Origin: Octopus vulgaris
Taxonomy: Eukaryota
Direction: 5' to 3'
DNA: 64,000 nucleotides
NCBI GenBank assembly: GCA_951406725.2
Contig: OX597815.1
Span: 121,582,001-121,646,000, forward strand
Below the pieces are notes generated by a model that made no database searches, was not told where the DNA came from, and saw only the letters and a list, made by a program, of their open reading frames with translations. A program made the translations under genes and the position numbers. Below, in pieces: positions 59,696 through 64,000 of this stretch (its first letter is position 1; each line of letters opens with the position of its first letter).

Positions 59696-59697
<2 letters not shown>
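59010..59697 (+). mobile_element. Hammerhead-bearing non-coding retroelement (retrozyme or Penelope pseudo-LTR-like) with an inverted partial copy
   Basis: 177-bp inverted arms 59010-59186 / 59404-59580 (2 mismatches); 33-bp direct repeat 59186-59218 / 59665-59697; (TA)n on both flanks; internal hammerhead. Confidence 0.75.
59387..59448 (+). ncRNA. Type I hammerhead ribozyme
   Basis: Stem I AGTCTTG (59387-93) / CAAGACT (59442-48); core CTGATGA (59394-400); stem II GTAC / GTAC (59401-04 / 59422-25); GAAA (59426-29); stem III TCAC-AG-GTGA; cleavage triplet ATA, predicted cut after 59441. Confidence 0.85.
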
Positions 59698-59726
<29 letters not shown>

Positions 59727-60829
59727 TTTAATTTGTATGTGTATGTCTCCTCTATTTTTAATCATTTAAATTCTTCCTTTGAAGAAGGAGTTCATTTCTT
59801 ACAAAGATACATTCCACTATTGGAATGTAAATAATTAAAACAGTGTCACATTTTAAACCCAAGAAAATTCTTTCAGAATTTTATTGTTCCACATACAGAT
59901 TGTATTATGTATATCTGTCTATGTATGCACATGTCTGTCTATCAGTATATTCACTGTTCTGATATATATTTTTCCAGTTTCTCACCTAAGGTGAAAGAAC
60001 TGGCTTTGACACAGAAAAACAGACTCATTACAATTTAAAACACATGAACTTGCTAGTTGCATGTGTGTGTGTGTGATGAGTGGATGGTGAGGTAGTCTGC
60101 AGCTCTAAAAGAATTTGGTAGGTAGAAGACAGTAGGTAGTGGGGAGAGCAGTTGGACAGTAATAATATAGTTGACAGGGGGAGGAAGACTAGAGAGACAG
60201 ATACCAAGGTGAGGTTAGGCTGCAGGAGCAGGGGAGAGCAAAGTAGGTATAGTGCATGATGAGAAGTAGTTTGTGGGTTGGGAGCAATGCAATACAGTGC
60301 TTCCAGAACTTAGTTTCACTGAAGTGGCTGAGCCTTCTCAAGAGCCTCTTACTATATAGGGTCATTATTAAGTGGTGTTTTTTTTAAGTTTCAAATTTGC
60401 AGTTCAATACATTGGAAGAATTAATCTCTGAAAAGGATATCTGAGAGAATTTATTACAATTTTAGATAGGTTTATATTTGAGATTGTTACTTTTCAATAT
60501 ATCTACCATCATTATGAACTATTTCAATTTTACCACTCTAATAAACCCAGCAAAGATCGTGGGCCTTTTTCCTATGACCTACTTATTTTTTAAAAAGTGT
60601 TTAATGTGTGTAGTTGAGCATTGTAATATAGAGACTAATTTTATATTTTATTCACTATTTTTACTTGCTGGCTTTGGAGGAAGAAGCAATGCCCATGACT
60701 TTTGCATGACTAGTGAGTTTAAGACTGTTTATGTTCTGTTTAAACAGTTACAGGTCAACACCTGCTGGAATGATATGAGAAGGGAGAAGCTTTCAGAGAA
60801 CTAACACTCTGGAGAATGCCAGAGCATAG

Positions 60830-62060
60830 TGTAGGGTCAGGAGAGAGAGTGCAACAAGAGTGACAAGAGGTAGAAAGATGAATTGAGGAGGAAATCTGAG
60901 ATCAGCAACTCCAAAAACAGAGGCCATTATAATGATAGAAAGGGTAGAGACAACAGAGGTCACCTGTGGCCAGAAGCTGGAACATGATTGTTGGTGATTT
61001 AATGCTAAACAGTCAAATAGCTATTCTCTAGATGAAGTCCAAGATGTCACTATGCATAGCAGTAGTGTTGTCCCAGATGTGAGAGCATTAACGGGCTTCA
61101 TTTGAGCTTTATAAAATGTCAGAAATTGTTAGGGGTTATAATATTTTCTATCCCTGAAGAGAAGAGCCACTTATGTTAAGGATGTGATTTGGTCATGTGA
61201 GATCATTACTAATTAGGCCCATTATTTAAAGTGACCATGTGAGCTCTAGCTGAGTATTGTTCATATTTAGGTATTGTGTTTACTTGATATGAGTAATGCT
61301 TGAGATTCTTTTGCTATTAAAAGAGATGAGATTGGCAAAGCCCCACTGGAGTATACTCTCAAGTTCTCTATTCAGGGAATGTTTGGTGTCTAAGTTGCAA
61401 GTAAATGATGCATGGGTGGATAAGGTTTGAGAGGAATGAAGTATTGTATCATTTGCAGAAGAGTGGGCACTGTTGATGTGGTGCCAAGTTGGCTTTTAAT
61501 GTACAGAAAGAAAAAAAAACGGGTGGGGGACAAAACTATATCCTAGCGTACACAAGAGATGTTGATGGTAGCACAGAAAGAACTCTGTCAACATATGTTG
61601 AAAAGTTGCACTTTGATAGGAAGCTACTGATTCAAGAGATGAGAGATAAGTGGAACCTGTAAGCTGGAAGTTTTGATAAGAGATTTGCATGCCAGCCACA
61701 GTCAAAGGCTTTGCTGATGTGTAGAGTAACAACATTACCTTCATCAAACAATTCCTAAAGTGGGATCCCACTGGTAGATGGCATAGCAGAATTGGTCTTC
61801 AATAGTTCTGACTTTGCGAAAGCCATCCTGATGGTCACTGAAGAAAGAAAACAGTTCAAAATGTTAAAGAATGTCATTGTTAATAGCTGTTACCATTACT
61901 TGAGAAGTGTTAGAAGTGAGTACAGTAGGACAATATGTAGCAGAGTTTGAAGGGTTGCCTTTCTTTGAAATGGACCACACCGGAGCATGCTTCTTAATGT
62001 TAGAGTGTGTCCCCATAGACAGTGAGAGATTAAACAGTTAGTAACATTATGTTCTTTAAA
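60830..62060 (-). pseudogene. Decayed LINE reverse transcriptase relic (jockey/CR1 group)
   Basis: Minus strand gives SISKKGNPSNSATYCPTVLTS (P.PKKG....NYRPI.LTS) and LHISKAFDCGWHANLLSKLPAY (LDISKAFD.VWH..LL.KL). Many stops and frameshifts. Confidence 0.7.
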
Positions 62061-63183
62061 ATATTTCAGAATGTCAAACATTCCTTTCATATCTAAAAGG
62101 AAAGAATGTTTTACTTTTATTGATTGTGTTTTTCTATTCCATATACAATATTTTCCATGTAAAATAGCAGAGAAAGAATGTTTATCAGTTATTGAGAACA
62201 AATTAACTCTTCAAATTCCTAATTTCATTGGCAAAACTGCCAGTTCAGCTCAGCTCTTTGTAAATGATACAAAGTATGATAAGTTAATCTTTTACAATGA
62301 CAGTTTATTCGTCTTAACAAAAAGAAAATTAGCTTCCATTGCAACTTGTTTTATGTGAGTTAAGAATCTTTCATCTATTACAGAATAATGCATATGCAAG
62401 GTAGAGACATTCTTATTTCCAATGAGTTCAAGTGAAATGTAGATTAGGTTTCAGTTATCACACATACTAGATATCATATACAGGTTAGATATTAAATAAA
62501 TACTAATATCAGTGTCAAGCTTCGGGATGTAAGGAAATGGAAAGATCAGTGGGTCAAAACATCTCACTTTTGAGTAAAATAGAAATTGATTCAATGAGTA
62601 TGATATAAATGTTTAAAAGTATACATTAGATATTATACAGAGATATGCCCCCCCCCCCCCCGAAATCTATGAAACAAAACTTGTTTAATATGTCTCTGCA
62701 TATAGCATTTTCTTAATTTGATACAGAGTAAGAGATTATATATTTGATCAGTCATTTTATTTTACTAAAATTTTCTTGAACTCCATGGTGAAATGAATCC
62801 TAACGCTAACCATTACAGGTTTTGAACTCAGACCTAAGGGGACTAATTACTGCTAACTGTAATCATTTTCTATAGTTTCACTATGTTCACACTGAATGTT
62901 TATTAAAAGCAGTTATCACAGTTATGACAAAACTTATTAATTCTCACAATATATTTTTAAAACTTGACAATTCTTTTTAATGTAATTCCTGTAAATCTGC
63001 ATAGATTTAATTAACAAATTGAAAATAACTTCTGGTCACTTTCTCTGGTGCCAAAAGATTCTAATTTCACCTATAGTTATTGTGAAATGTGAAGATATAC
63101 CACTTAATGTCAGGTATGAAGCCAGTGTCTATTAAGGGATGCCATAAAAGGCATAAAACACAATATTAAAATTCTTGATTTAC

Positions 63184-63214
<31 letters not shown>

Positions 63215-64000
63215 CGTATATATATATTCTTTCTTGTATTTCCTTCTCAAACTGGCCAGAAAGCAAAATTGTCAAATTGTAATCTCAGCATTTTGAAGAT
63301 TGATTTCATTTTATTAACTGCAAAATTTTACTGTTGATAAAATTTTTGCTTTTTAAAAATACATGAAATAGTAAAGATACTGGGAGATTATGTAAAAAGA
63401 AATATGATTTATATTAAAGAATGTATTTATCAATTTTCATTTAATATTTACTTTTACTGTTATCTTTATTTAAAAAATCAATATATTTTTTTAAAAGAGA
63501 AAATAACACTGTTCATACAGCTTCCTGTTATTCTGAATGTGTTTATTTTTTTATATATTATATCTTATAAAAAAATCTAGTATTTAATTATTTGTATGGA
63601 TATTCCTAAGATATTAATTCACTGCAGTTGATGGGATTTTTTTATTGATTTTCTAATACTTATTAATGCTGTTGGTATCAGGGATAACAAAATTATGTAA
63701 CACATCTTACCATAAAGGAATTAATATTTCTGTATAAATATATATATATATATAGCTTTGCTTTAAAATAATTTTTGTCCTAAAACCATACAGGAGAGAG
63801 GGCATACATATTTGATAACTAATTTTAATCTAAATGCAGCTTAACATGTCTGGTGAAGTTAATGACACATGCTTGCTGGTCACATATCAAGTCTATACTT
63901 TTGAATCATTAACTCTAAGTATATATACATATATATTTGTTATCTACTGAGGGAAGATGTGAAGCCATAATTGCACCTTAACTGAGTGAGACCTATCCGA

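Overview
AT-rich, repeat-dense animal genomic DNA. The SINE and microsatellite content looks like an octopus (coleoid cephalopod) genome; this is an inference from repeat style. The only host gene I can support is an ANKIB1-like RBR E3 ligase on the + strand, with two coding exons (10386-10573 and 27963-28170). The rest of the window appears to be its introns, and I could not find the next exon. The introns carry two SINE families, RTE 3' ends, CR1-like and R4/Dong-like LINE pieces, mariner copies, MITEs and Penelope-like relics. A young 5'-truncated EN+RT LINE (34902-37686, - strand) sits inside about 6.4 kb of strand-polarised (TA)n/(TATG) satellite. The best candidate for an undescribed system is at 59010-59697. 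It is a 479-bp non-coding monomer with a 33-bp terminal redundancy and a complete type I hammerhead ribozyme (59387-59448) in the sense of the host pre-mRNA. A 177-bp inverted copy upstream would base-pair with the ribozyme's 3' half. This looks like a retrozyme or Penelope pseudo-LTR. Most ORFs in the supplied track are microsatellite or repeat artefacts.
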